Below, one piece after another: positions 47,962 through 58,888 of a stretch of 64,000 nt of DNA; the first letter of the stretch is position 1, and each line of letters begins with the position of its first letter. A program made the translations under genes and the position numbers. The notes below the pieces were generated by a model. It was given only the letters and a program-made list of their open reading frames with translations. It had not been told where the DNA came from and searched no databases. This DNA comes from Anaerolineae bacterium. GTDB taxonomy: Bacteria > Chloroflexota > Anaerolineae > J102. Where the stretch lies: positions 4,277 through 68,276 of the forward strand of contig JALXCB010000054.1 of assembly GCA_026991225.1 (NCBI GenBank), given 5' to 3'.

Positions 47962-47999
47962 GTTCCTTGTGGGTTCTCAGAGTGCGCTGTGTTCTCCAA

Positions 48000-49319
48000 T
48001 CATTCGAGAATGGTTACGCCTTCCAGATCGAAGTTGAATTGGGAGAGCAACCATTCCACAGTGGGCTCTTCGCCCGCGGGCTTCACTTCCTTGCCTTTTT
48101 CGGGCACCGGATTGCCCTCCAGATCCAGGCCCGTGCCGTTGCTGACGAACGCATGGGCGGTGAAGGGATCCCATTCGCCCTTCATCATCTGCTCGCGGCG
48201 CTGCGCGACCAGATCCTTGATCTCCTGCGGCACCTCGGCCTTGGGGCTGATGGCGTCCACGCCCACCTTGCCGTCGTTCATGATGTCCACCGTGGGCTCC
48301 ACCGTGCCATCGGCCAGGGTGAAGGTGCTCTCCATGCCCGGATACATGATGGTCTCAGGCGGATTTCCTTCCATCTTGGCCTGCACCATGCGGTCATAGA
48401 TGACCTCCCAACGGGTGTCGAAGGAGATGGCCACCGTGTCGGTGCTGGACCAACCATAGAAGCCGACAATGTCCATGTCCTTGCCCACGTACCAGATGCC
48501 GCTCTCCTGAGCCACATCCAGCGGCGAACCAGAGTCGGACTGCTGGGTGAGCACGTCCACATTGTACTGGTCGATGAGGGTCTTGGCGATCTCCCGCTCC
48601 TCGGTGGGGTTGTACCAGTCGCCTACATACTTGACGTAGATCTTCACGTCCTTGTTCAGCAGCTTGGCGCCATCCTGCACGCCCAGGGTGAAGCCCGCCT
48701 GGCGGCGAATGACCTGCACCGAAGGGAAGGCGGAAACCACGCCGATGTTGCCCGTCTTGGTCAGGGCCGCGGCCACGAGACCTTCCAGGTAGAGGGCCTG
48801 GTACTGGCGAGGGAAGAAGCGCACGAAGTTGGGCTTCGTGGTCAGATCGCTGGCGATGACCGAGCCGAAGATCACATCCGGATACTTGTCGGCAATGTCT
48901 TTCAACGGGAGGCCCATGAACTCAGCGTTGCCGATGACGATGTTGGCGCCTTCCGAGATGAGTTCTTCAGCAAAGGGCACCGTGCTGTCCGGGCCGACTT
49001 CTTCGCGGTAGATGTATTTCACGTTGGGATATTTCTCCGCGATGCGCTTGCCAGCCCGATCGTGCGCGCCCGACCAGGTCGTCCCCTCGATGATGCTAAA
49101 GTGCTCGATGGCCAGCGTGATCTCCTGCGGAGGGGCTTCCTCCGTGGGCTGCTCCGCCGGTTTCTCCGTTGGCTTCGCTTCAGGAGCCTGGGTGGGCTGC
49201 TCCGCGGGAGCCTGGGTGGCGGTGGGCTGTCCCCCACAGGCGGCCAGGGTGAGAGCCAGCGCGGCCAGAACCAGCGCCGCCAGCACGACCATCAGTTTGG
49301 AAAACCGATGTTGACGCAT
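48000..49319 (-). CDS. BMP-family ABC transporter substrate-binding lipoprotein (nucleoside/purine-binding, TmpC/Med/NupN-like)
   Basis: Lipobox 'LTLAACGG', Pro/Glu-rich linker, then BMP periplasmic domain. Start refined to MRQHRF. Confidence 0.8.
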   Translation of the reverse strand: MRQHRFSKLMVVLAALVLAALALTLAACGGQPTATQAPAEQPTQAPEAKPTEKPAEQPTEEAPPQEITLAIEHFSIIEGTTWSGAHDRAGKRIAEKYPNVKYIYREEVGPDSTVPFAEELISEGANIVIGNAEFMGLPLKDIADKYPDVIFGSVIASDLTTKPNFVRFFPRQYQALYLEGLVAAALTKTGNIGVVSAFPSVQVIRRQAGFTLGVQDGAKLLNKDVKIYVKYVGDWYNPTEEREIAKTLIDQYNVDVLTQQSDSGSPLDVAQESGIWYVGKDMDIVGFYGWSSTDTVAISFDTRWEVIYDRMVQAKMEGNPPETIMYPGMESTFTLADGTVEPTVDIMNDGKVGVDAISPKAEVPQEIKDLVAQRREQMMKGEWDPFTAHAFVSNGTGLDLEGNPVPEKGKEVKPAGEEPTVEWLLSQFNFDLEGVTILE

Positions 49320-49410
49320 GTTGCATCTCCTCCTTGTGAGAAAAGGTGGTTGGGTGGAAAAGTGGCGAGGAATGTAAGATGTCTTCAATTGGTTTTGCAC
49401 ATTATCACAA

Positions 49411-50265
49411 ATGGCGGGAATTTGTCAATCTTTGTACAATTCCCTCATGTCCCTCTTTCTTGCTGGCAGCATCAGCCGTTATCTCCATGAATCCACGCCC
49501 AATTCTCTCGCCCTGCGCGTCCTTTCCCGTCATCGCCGGGTCGTGAATCTGATGGATGAGAAGGGCGGGATGTGGGCCGTAGTCCACCCCGACGTGGGGA
49601 ACGGGCCTTTTCACATCGTGCTGGCCGATGCGGCTTCCTTCGATGGCTGGGAGCCGGGCGCGACTGGCCGCTGGGATGGTCGGGCGTTGATGATAAGAAA
49701 CGGGCAGGTGGATGCGACCGCAGCCCGGGTCTGGGATCCCTTCCTGGCCCGAACCCCCATGATCATCCCCGACCGAAGTTGGGAACTCGCCCGAGCGTGC
49801 GCGAGCGCCATCCTGGCTGCGTCGCCGCCCCAGGCGGAGATGGACGCCCGCACATGGGCGCGGTTGCAGGAGGGCGTCATCCGGTTGGGGAAAGCCCGAA
49901 GGACGGGCGATGAGACGGCGCTGCTGGATGCCGCGGGGTTGCTGGCGGGCCTGGGGCCGGGTTTGACGCCGGCCGGGGATGATGTTTTGCTGGGCTGGCT
50001 GGCGCGCGCATGGCTTGGAAACAACATGGATGGGACATGGGCCGCGGGACGCCTTATGGACGCCGTGGAGGGCAGGACGACGCGGGTGAGTGAGGCGTGG
50101 TTGGGTCATGCGGCAGCCGGGCGATTTGCGGAACCCTGGCACGATCTGCGTTCCGCCCTGGCGCGGGCGGATGGCGAAGCCATCTGTCGGACGATGAGCC
50201 GCATCGCGAGCATCGGCGCCACATCGGGCAGGCTGGCGTTGCTGGGCGCATTTCCGTCGCCCTAA
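49411..50265 (+). CDS. DUF2877-like protein (YlbF/AllH-type)
   Basis: About 270-aa Ala/Gly-rich soluble protein, 'PAGDDVLLGWLARAW'. Family and start codon uncertain. Confidence 0.45.
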   Translation: MAGICQSLYNSLMSLFLAGSISRYLHESTPNSLALRVLSRHRRVVNLMDEKGGMWAVVHPDVGNGPFHIVLADAASFDGWEPGATGRWDGRALMIRNGQVDATAARVWDPFLARTPMIIPDRSWELARACASAILAASPPQAEMDARTWARLQEGVIRLGKARRTGDETALLDAAGLLAGLGPGLTPAGDDVLLGWLARAWLGNNMDGTWAAGRLMDAVEGRTTRVSEAWLGHAAAGRFAEPWHDLRSALARADGEAICRTMSRIASIGATSGRLALLGAFPSP

Positions 50266-50334
50266 CCCTTTGTGCTACAATCTTGCCAATATCGTCGTCA
50301 GCGCTTGTCAGAAGATCGTCAAGTCGAAATTGGG

Positions 50335-50410
50335 CGAAGCGGCATCGTGAACCGCGAAAAACGTGATGCGTAGGGCCCTCACGCATCACGTCTCACGTTT
50401 CATGTGCTGC
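50335..50410. repeat. REP-like palindrome, short variant
   Basis: 'cgtgatgcgtagggccctcacgcatcacgtctcacgtttcatg'. Confidence 0.6.
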
Positions 50411-50468
50411 TTGCTCTCGCCAGGCGTCCTGACCGAAACACGCTTATTTCGCAGTATCGGAGCCTTAC

Positions 50469-51296
50469 GTGCACATCGCTATCATCGGTCATCTCACCCG
50501 GGACATCTCGCCCGATGGATACACCGTCGGCGGCGCGGTGAGCTATTCTGGCGTGACTGCGCGCAGGCTGGGGGCCGAGGTGACGGTGCTCACTCGGGCG
50601 CATCCCAGGGATGTGCGCTTTCTCGAATCGGAAGGCATTCACGTCATCAACCTGCCCACCGAGGTCTACACCACCTTCCACAACGTCTATTACAAGGATA
50701 TTCGCATTCAGCAGGTGCTGGCCGTGGCCGGGCCCATCATGGAACAGGACGTCCCGCCCGAAATCTACGAGGCCGACCTGCTTTTGCTGGCCCCCGTCGC
50801 CCAGGAAGTGGACCCCGCCATCGCATCGCGGGCGCATCACCCACTCGCGGCCACGCCCCAGGGCTGGATGCGTGAGTGGGATGTCCAGGGCAAGGTGTAT
50901 TCCATTCCCTGGTACGGTGCTGGCCGCATTCTCCCCTATCTCGACGTCATCATTTTCTCCGACCAGGACCTGGTGGGCGATATGAGCATCCTGCCCACCA
51001 TCATCGATGCCGTGCCCCTGGTGGCCATCACCCGCGCGGCCAAGGGCAGCGTCATCTACAATCGCGGGCGGCGCTGCCGGGTGCACACCCGTCCCGCCCG
51101 CGAGGTGGATGCCACCGGCGCCGGCGACGTGTTCGCCGCCGCCTTTCTGGTGGCGTTGATGAACGGCAAATCCCCCGCCGACGCGGCCTATTTCGCCAAT
51201 GTCACGGCCAGCCTCAGCATCGAAGCCATCGGGCTGGCCGGCATCCCCTACCGCCATCAGGTCGCATCCTACATCGAAGCGCATCCCGGACCATGA
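50469..51296 (+). CDS. PfkB-family (ribokinase-like) carbohydrate/nucleoside kinase
   Basis: 'DATGAGDVFAAAF' PfkB signature 2 near C-terminus. Confidence 0.75.
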   Translation: MHIAIIGHLTRDISPDGYTVGGAVSYSGVTARRLGAEVTVLTRAHPRDVRFLESEGIHVINLPTEVYTTFHNVYYKDIRIQQVLAVAGPIMEQDVPPEIYEADLLLLAPVAQEVDPAIASRAHHPLAATPQGWMREWDVQGKVYSIPWYGAGRILPYLDVIIFSDQDLVGDMSILPTIIDAVPLVAITRAAKGSVIYNRGRRCRVHTRPAREVDATGAGDVFAAAFLVALMNGKSPADAAYFANVTASLSIEAIGLAGIPYRHQVASYIEAHPGP

Positions 51297-52105
51297 CCCG
51301 AATCTACGCGATTGCCAATCAGAAAGGCGGCGTGGGCAAGACCACCACCGCCGTCAACCTGGGCGCGTATCTGGCCGCCGCGGGCCAGCGCGTGCTCATC
51401 GTCGACATCGATCCCCAGGCCAACGCCACCAGCTCCCTGGGCCTGGGCGCGAGCCAGCTTCCTCGATCCATCTACGACGTGTTCAGCGGCGAGGCGGACC
51501 TGGCCGATGTCATCACCCTCACCAATCGCATGCGCCTGGATATCGTCCCCAGCTCCCACGCCATGGCTGCGCTGGAAACTGAGGCCGTGGAAGCCATCAG
51601 CGATCCCTACCAGCGCAGCTTCCTCCTGCGCAACGCCCTCACCCCCACCCTCCATCGCTACGATTACATTCTCATCGACAGTCCGCCCAGCCTGGGCCTC
51701 ATCACCGTCAACGCCATGACCGCGGCCGAAGGGGTGATCATCCCCGTCCAGAGCGAATATCTGGCCCTGGAGGGGCTGGGGCAGCTGCTTGCCACCATCG
51801 ACAAGGTGCGGCGGGGCCTCAACCCGGCCTTGCGCATCGTGGGCATCCTCATCACCATGTCCGATTCACGCAACAAGCTCAGCCGCCAGGTGGAGGATGA
51901 GATACGGCGCTATTTTCAGGATAAGGTGTTCGATACAGTCATTCCCCGCAATGTGCGATTGGGCGAAGCGCCCAGCTACGGCGAACCTATCAATGCGTAC
52001 GCCCCCAATTCGGCGGGCGCGAAAGCCTATCAGCAACTGGCGGAGGAGCTGTTGATTCGCGACGGCGTCATTTCCCCCACTTCCCCCCAAGGAGCAGTCG
52101 CATGA
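51293..52105 (+). CDS. parA: ParA/Soj partition ATPase
   Basis: 'IANQKGGVGKTTTAVNLG' deviant Walker A. ATGA overlap with pfkB stop. Confidence 0.9.
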   Translation: MTRIYAIANQKGGVGKTTTAVNLGAYLAAAGQRVLIVDIDPQANATSSLGLGASQLPRSIYDVFSGEADLADVITLTNRMRLDIVPSSHAMAALETEAVEAISDPYQRSFLLRNALTPTLHRYDYILIDSPPSLGLITVNAMTAAEGVIIPVQSEYLALEGLGQLLATIDKVRRGLNPALRIVGILITMSDSRNKLSRQVEDEIRRYFQDKVFDTVIPRNVRLGEAPSYGEPINAYAPNSAGAKAYQQLAEELLIRDGVISPTSPQGAVA

Positions 52106-52989
52106 GTCCTCGCAGAGGTCTGGGACGCGGTCTCGATAGCCTGATTCCCACCACGCCCGCCATCGAACCGGAGGCGGAAGGGGCTACCGCGGGCGTCCAT
52201 CTCGTTCCCATCGATGAGATCAGCCCCAATCCCAGCCAGCCCCGGCAAACCTTCGCGCCCGAGGCCCTGGCCGAACTGGCCGCGTCCATCAAAGAGCACG
52301 GGCTGATCCAGCCCATCATCGTCGCCCGCGCCTCCGCGGGTTCCCAAACGCCCTACACCATCATCGCGGGCGAGCGTCGTTGGCGGGCGTCGAAGCTGGC
52401 CGGGCTCAAGCAGGTCCCGGTCATCATCAAGGACGCCACGCCCCAGGCCATGCTGGAGCTAGCCCTGGTGGAGAATGTGCAGCGGGCCGACCTGAATCCT
52501 CTGGAAGAGGCTGTCGCTTACGAGACCTTGATCCAGGAGTTTGGGCTGACGCAGGGGCAGGTGGCCGAGCGCGTGGGCAAGAGCCGGGTGGCGGTGGCCA
52601 ACACCATCCGCCTGCTGCAATTGCCCGACGAGGTGAAGCAGGCGGTGCTGGAGGGACAGATTCGCGAGGGGCACGCCCGGGCACTGCTGGGCCTTACCGA
52701 TGAACAGGTCATGGTGGAGGCGCTGAAGCTGGTCATCGACCGCGGCCTCTCGGTGCGCCAGACCGAGGAGCTGGTGCGGCGTCTGAACGCGCCCGCCAAA
52801 CCCGCGCCCGACGACGATCTCAGCGCCAGCCCCGAAACCAGGGCGCTGGAGGATCGACTACGCCAACGCCTGGGCACGAAAGTCAGCCTCTTCCGCACCC
52901 GCAAGGGCGGGCGCATCGTCATCCATTTCTATTCGGAGGAGGAGTTGGCCGAGCTGTATGAGATGCTCATCGGGGATGAGCCGTTGTAA
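52102..52989 (+). CDS. parB: ParB/Spo0J partition protein
   Basis: 'RRGLGRGLDSLIP', 'IIAGERRWRAS' ParB box, HTH. 4-nt overlap with parA. Confidence 0.9.
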   Translation: MSPRRGLGRGLDSLIPTTPAIEPEAEGATAGVHLVPIDEISPNPSQPRQTFAPEALAELAASIKEHGLIQPIIVARASAGSQTPYTIIAGERRWRASKLAGLKQVPVIIKDATPQAMLELALVENVQRADLNPLEEAVAYETLIQEFGLTQGQVAERVGKSRVAVANTIRLLQLPDEVKQAVLEGQIREGHARALLGLTDEQVMVEALKLVIDRGLSVRQTEELVRRLNAPAKPAPDDDLSASPETRALEDRLRQRLGTKVSLFRTRKGGRIVIHFYSEEELAELYEMLIGDEPL

Positions 52990-53425
52990 TCTGGGATAGA
53001 GGGGCGATCATCTGGCTGAAGTTCGCCAGATTGTTGAGGGTGATGACATCGCCGCCGGGCGCGTAGATCACCAACGTTCCCTTGTCGAACCACGCGTCGA
53101 ACGCGGTTTGTGAGATGCCCAGTGTGATATCAGGTCGCATCAGCGAAAAAATCTTTCTGTAGAAAAAGCATCGGCGAATGACAAGGGTTTGGAAGGTGAT
53201 TTCCACGCGAAACCCCAGCCAGCAAAGAAAGTGTACCGCGCCGATGAGGAGCAGCAAAAACCCCAGGATTTCGCACGCCGCGTTCAAGGCACTGGCCTGG
53301 AACTGAGGCAGACGCCTGGAAATTTCCGCCGTCTCCAGAAACAGGCTCGTTCCCACCAGAAACAGCAAGGTGTCTGGCAGAATGACGATAGCGTGTTGTC
53401 GGATAACCATCGGCTTATTCATCAT
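52967..53425 (-). CDS. bacterial PH-domain (DUF304/YdbT-like) membrane protein
   Basis: Two N-terminal TMs followed by a PH-like beta-rich domain. Moderately low GC. Confidence 0.5.
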   Translation of the reverse strand: MMNKPMVIRQHAIVILPDTLLFLVGTSLFLETAEISRRLPQFQASALNAACEILGFLLLLIGAVHFLCWLGFRVEITFQTLVIRRCFFYRKIFSLMRPDITLGISQTAFDAWFDKGTLVIYAPGGDVITLNNLANFSQMIAPLSQITTAHPR

Positions 53426-53489
53426 GCACCTCCACGCGGACTTGTGAGAGTCCTTGCAGTCACAAGAATGGCGGCATTATGGACCTCCT

Positions 53490-53660
53490 GTTTCGAAAAT
53501 AGCGTTGCGTTGGTTTGCAAAAGCAACTCGAAGCCTGCGTTGGGCGAGGCGGCAACGGACGTGATGCGTAATGCGTAATCCGTGAGGTCGTTACGCATCA
53601 CGCATCACGCATTACGCATTACGTGCTTGGCTTCCCGCGCCCACGTGGCCGCGAGGCGTT
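53490..53660. repeat. REP-like palindromic element (family B)
   Basis: Sister of 44570-44730. Confidence 0.8.
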
Positions 53661-53787
53661 TTCGTTCATTTCAACATCTGGTCTTCCTTTTTACCAGTTT
53701 ATACGAATTTCGCGGCCTTTTCCTGACGGGCGTCTGCTGGCAGCCCGACAGAATTCAGACGATATCATGACAAAACGGATAAAATGC

Positions 53788-53942
53788 GTAACTGCTAACG
53801 TACTTGACTTTAGGCCGCCAAAAGCCACGAAGGCTCGAAGTTTTTCGAGGACACGAAGGGGAAAATAAAGAAAAGTACGTCGCGCCTTCGTTTTCTTCGT
53901 GTCTTCGTGGCAAAAAGCGGCGGCACGACCTTGGCAGTTACT
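53788..53942. mobile_element. MITE family A (A1 subtype) with 7/8-bp TSD
   Basis: TIRs GTAACTGCTAACGTA.../...TTGGCAGTTAC. Flanks 'taaaatgc' and 'taaaatgt'. Confidence 0.8.
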
Positions 53943-54044
53943 AAAATGTGCTTATGGCTGCTGTTCGAGTTTGATTCGTTCCCCGGATTACAGTAGAATG
54001 AAAAGCGTCGCCAGACCCATCCGATCATACTCCCCACCCGTCCC

Positions 54045-54665
54045 ATGAACCATCACCAGGATGAACTCGACGCGCTGATGCGCCGCATCGTCGATCTCTC
54101 GGACGAGAGCCTGATCCTGCTTTCCCAGTACATCAGCTTTCTCAAATGGCAGGAAGAGCAATGGCATTCGCCCGAGGTGTGGGACGATGTGAAACAGGAT
54201 GAAGTGGTCTGGCTTTATGATCTGATCGAGCATTTCGACGGGGCCCGGCAGGCGGCCACGGTGGACATGCGGGGCATGGAGGTGAAGGTCGCGCCCGCCA
54301 GTTGCGGCGGCGTCATCCGCCCGGCCATCTGGCAGCACCCGCCCGTGACGGGCGAAGGCGTGGTCGAATATCAGGTGGAGGCGCCCCTAGATCTGGATGC
54401 AATCAAGCTCAAGTTTGCGACGGGGGTGCGCGATGGCGCGTTGCTCTCGCAGGAGAATCAGGTGGCCTTTCGGATACGCGTCAATGGCCGTCTTATCTGG
54501 TCCCATCTCATGGCCGAAGCCGGGTGGCACGATTTCCTCATCGACTTGCCCACCCTCACGGGCCAGACCATGGTCGTCCAGCTCATCACCGACGCCCTGG
54601 GCAACTCCCGCTGGAACTGGGCCGTCTGGGGCGAGCCTCGCGTCCTCGGCTTGCTACGAACCTAA
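54045..54665 (+). CDS. hypothetical protein
   Basis: 206-aa soluble ORF with good codon usage and no recognisable motif. Confidence 0.5.
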   Translation: MNHHQDELDALMRRIVDLSDESLILLSQYISFLKWQEEQWHSPEVWDDVKQDEVVWLYDLIEHFDGARQAATVDMRGMEVKVAPASCGGVIRPAIWQHPPVTGEGVVEYQVEAPLDLDAIKLKFATGVRDGALLSQENQVAFRIRVNGRLIWSHLMAEAGWHDFLIDLPTLTGQTMVVQLITDALGNSRWNWAVWGEPRVLGLLRT

Positions 54666-54741
54666 ACCTCCCTTTGCGCCTTGGTGACTTGGCGTGAGAT
54701 CCCCATAACATTCACCCATCTATCACAAAAGGAGGACGACG

Positions 54742-56709
<1,968 letters not shown>

Positions 56710-56712
56710 ATC

Positions 56713-57519
56713 ATGTGGCGTTCGTGGTTTTGGAAATGGGGGTTGGGCCTGCTCCTCGTCGGTCTCATCGCGGCCTCTGCACAGGCCCGATCCGCTCGCC
56801 CCTCGCCAGCAGATAATCCGGAAGAGCCGCCATTCCGAATCCGTTCGGTGTGGATATTGGGCGACAGCCTCACCCTGGGCGTGTACGCCTCCTCCCAGGA
56901 AACCACCTTTCGTAACGCGCTTTTTCACGACCTGCAAAGCATCAGCCGCCCCTGGTCGATGCGCATCACGCTGTGGGAAAGCGTGTGCACGCTGGGAGGC
57001 CTGGAAGAAGAATGGGACGATCTGCCAGGCGAGCCCACGCTGCTTTTCATCGAAGTCGGGATCAACGATATCCTCGGCAATGAAAACTGTCCTCTGGTTC
57101 CTGAAGCGCAATGGCGCCAGCGTTATGGCGCCATGCTAGACCGCATCCAACAGGACGCCCCGGGGGTGGAGATCATCGTTGGCTCCATTCCCTGGAGCAA
57201 CTGGCCCGAGGAAAGCGACCGTTATCGCAAAGCCTTGCAATATAACCAGTGGATCGCGGAGGAAGCCCAGGCGCGCGCCATCCCCGTCGCCGATCTCTGG
57301 AGCGCCACCCTGGGTAGGAAGGATGGCATTTCCACGCCCGACCAACCCAGCATGTTTCCTCCCTATCATGGCGACAATTTCCATCCTAACGATGTCGGCC
57401 ATCGCCGTATCGCCAACACGTTTTTCCAGACCTATCTTCGCAAATACCAACGTCTCTACACGCCTTTCCAGCTTTCTTCGGCAACGAAGGAGAATCTCAA
57501 TGGACTTTCAACTCGCTGA
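56713..57519 (+). CDS. SGNH/GDSL hydrolase family protein (secreted)
   Basis: Signal peptide, 'WILGDSLTLG' GDSL block, 'DNFHPND...H' block V. Confidence 0.75.
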   Translation: MWRSWFWKWGLGLLLVGLIAASAQARSARPSPADNPEEPPFRIRSVWILGDSLTLGVYASSQETTFRNALFHDLQSISRPWSMRITLWESVCTLGGLEEEWDDLPGEPTLLFIEVGINDILGNENCPLVPEAQWRQRYGAMLDRIQQDAPGVEIIVGSIPWSNWPEESDRYRKALQYNQWIAEEAQARAIPVADLWSATLGRKDGISTPDQPSMFPPYHGDNFHPNDVGHRRIANTFFQTYLRKYQRLYTPFQLSSATKENLNGLSTR

Positions 57520-58645
57520 TGAACACCGCATGTTGCAGGAGATGATTCGCGACTTCGTGGAGAAGGAGGTGAAACCGCGGGCCGCGGAGGTGGATCGGGA
57601 ACACAAGTTTCCCAGAGAAGCCATCGAAAAGATGGGCCCGCTGGGCCTGCTGGGCCTGAACATCCCCGAAGAATGGGGCGGGGCGGGCTCCGACACCCTG
57701 GCTACGGCCATCCTCTACGAGGAGCTGGGCCGGGGCTGCGGCTCCACCGCGCTGACGGTGGAAGCCCATCTCAGCCTGGGCAGCGCCGCCATCAACCTGT
57801 TCGGCAGTGACATGCTCAAAGAGAAATTCCTCACCCGCCTGGCGACGGGCGAGATCCTGGGCGCGCTCAGCCTCACCGAGCCGGGCGCGGGGTCGGACCT
57901 GAAGGGCGGAGTGCGCACCAAGGCGGAGAAAGTGGGAAATGAATGGATCATCAACGGCAGCAAGATGTGGACCACCAACGCCTCGGTGGCGGGCGTTATC
58001 GTCTTTCTGGTCCGCACCGACCCCGCAGGGGGCTCCCGCTCCCTGAGCATGATCGCAGTTCCCACCGACACGCCCGGCCTCATCATTCATCCGGCCGAGC
58101 GCAAGATGGGCCTGCACGGCTGCAAGACCCACGCGGTCACCCTGGAGGATGTGCGGGTTCCGCTGGAATATCTGGTGGGTGAGGAAGGCCGGGGGCTGCA
58201 TCAAGCCCTGGCGGTGCTGGATGGCGGGCGCGTGGGCATCGGCGCGCTAAGCGTGGGTCTGGCCCAGGCCGCGTTCGAGGAGGCGGTGAAATACGCGAAG
58301 GAACGCGAAGCGTTCGGTGGGCCCATCGCCAACCTGCAGGCCATCCAGTTCAAACTGGCGGACATGTCCACCATGATCGAGGTAGCCCGTTGGGCCATCT
58401 ATCGGGCGGCGTGGCTGAAGGATCAGGGCCTGCCGTATAGCCAGGCCGCGGCCCAGGCCAAGCTCTTCGCCACCGAGATGGCGGACAAGGTCTGCTTCGA
58501 GGCCATTCAGATCCACGGCGGCTACGGCTACTCCGCCGAGTTCCCGGTGGAGCGCATTTATCGGGACAACCGGCTCATGCTCATCGGCGAGGGCACCAGC
58601 GAGATCAACCGTCTCGTCATCGCCCGCCATGTGCTTCGGAATTGA
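57500..58645 (+). CDS. acyl-CoA dehydrogenase (short/medium-chain type)
   Basis: 'GLNIPEEWGG', 'SLTEPGAGSD', 'QIHGGYGY', 381 aa. Overlaps the SGNH gene's end. Confidence 0.85.
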   Translation: MDFQLADEHRMLQEMIRDFVEKEVKPRAAEVDREHKFPREAIEKMGPLGLLGLNIPEEWGGAGSDTLATAILYEELGRGCGSTALTVEAHLSLGSAAINLFGSDMLKEKFLTRLATGEILGALSLTEPGAGSDLKGGVRTKAEKVGNEWIINGSKMWTTNASVAGVIVFLVRTDPAGGSRSLSMIAVPTDTPGLIIHPAERKMGLHGCKTHAVTLEDVRVPLEYLVGEEGRGLHQALAVLDGGRVGIGALSVGLAQAAFEEAVKYAKEREAFGGPIANLQAIQFKLADMSTMIEVARWAIYRAAWLKDQGLPYSQAAAQAKLFATEMADKVCFEAIQIHGGYGYSAEFPVERIYRDNRLMLIGEGTSEINRLVIARHVLRN

Positions 58646-58689
58646 ATCCGAGACCAGGTGACAGCGGCTTTGGCGCGGTTCGTGAATAG

Positions 58690-58775
58690 CCTGGGGAAAC
58701 CAGAAAACCCCGTAGACCAGTAGACCGGGCGAGGAGCGCTCTTTTGGGGTCTATTGGTCTACGGGGCTGTCGGAT
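58690..58775. repeat. family D repeat
   Basis: 'ggggaaaccagaaaaccccgtagaccagtagaccggg...ggggtctattggtctacgggg'. Confidence 0.6.
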
Positions 58776-58833
58776 TTCATATTCTCCCGTATCAGCGCGC
58801 TGCGTTTGACGTCATCCTGGGCGATAATGGGAT

Positions 58834-58880
58834 TTGACAATCTGGGGAACGACAGATAAAGTTAATTAGTTTAACTAATT
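58834..58880 (+). promoter_or_regulatory. marR promoter (TTGACA-17-TAAAGT) with overlapping perfect palindrome AATTAGTTTAACTAATT
   Basis: -35 at 58834-58839, -10 at 58857-58862. The 8-bp inverted arms are centred at 58872, 10-25 nt before the marR ATG. Confidence 0.45.
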
Positions 58881-58888
58881 TTGAACCA

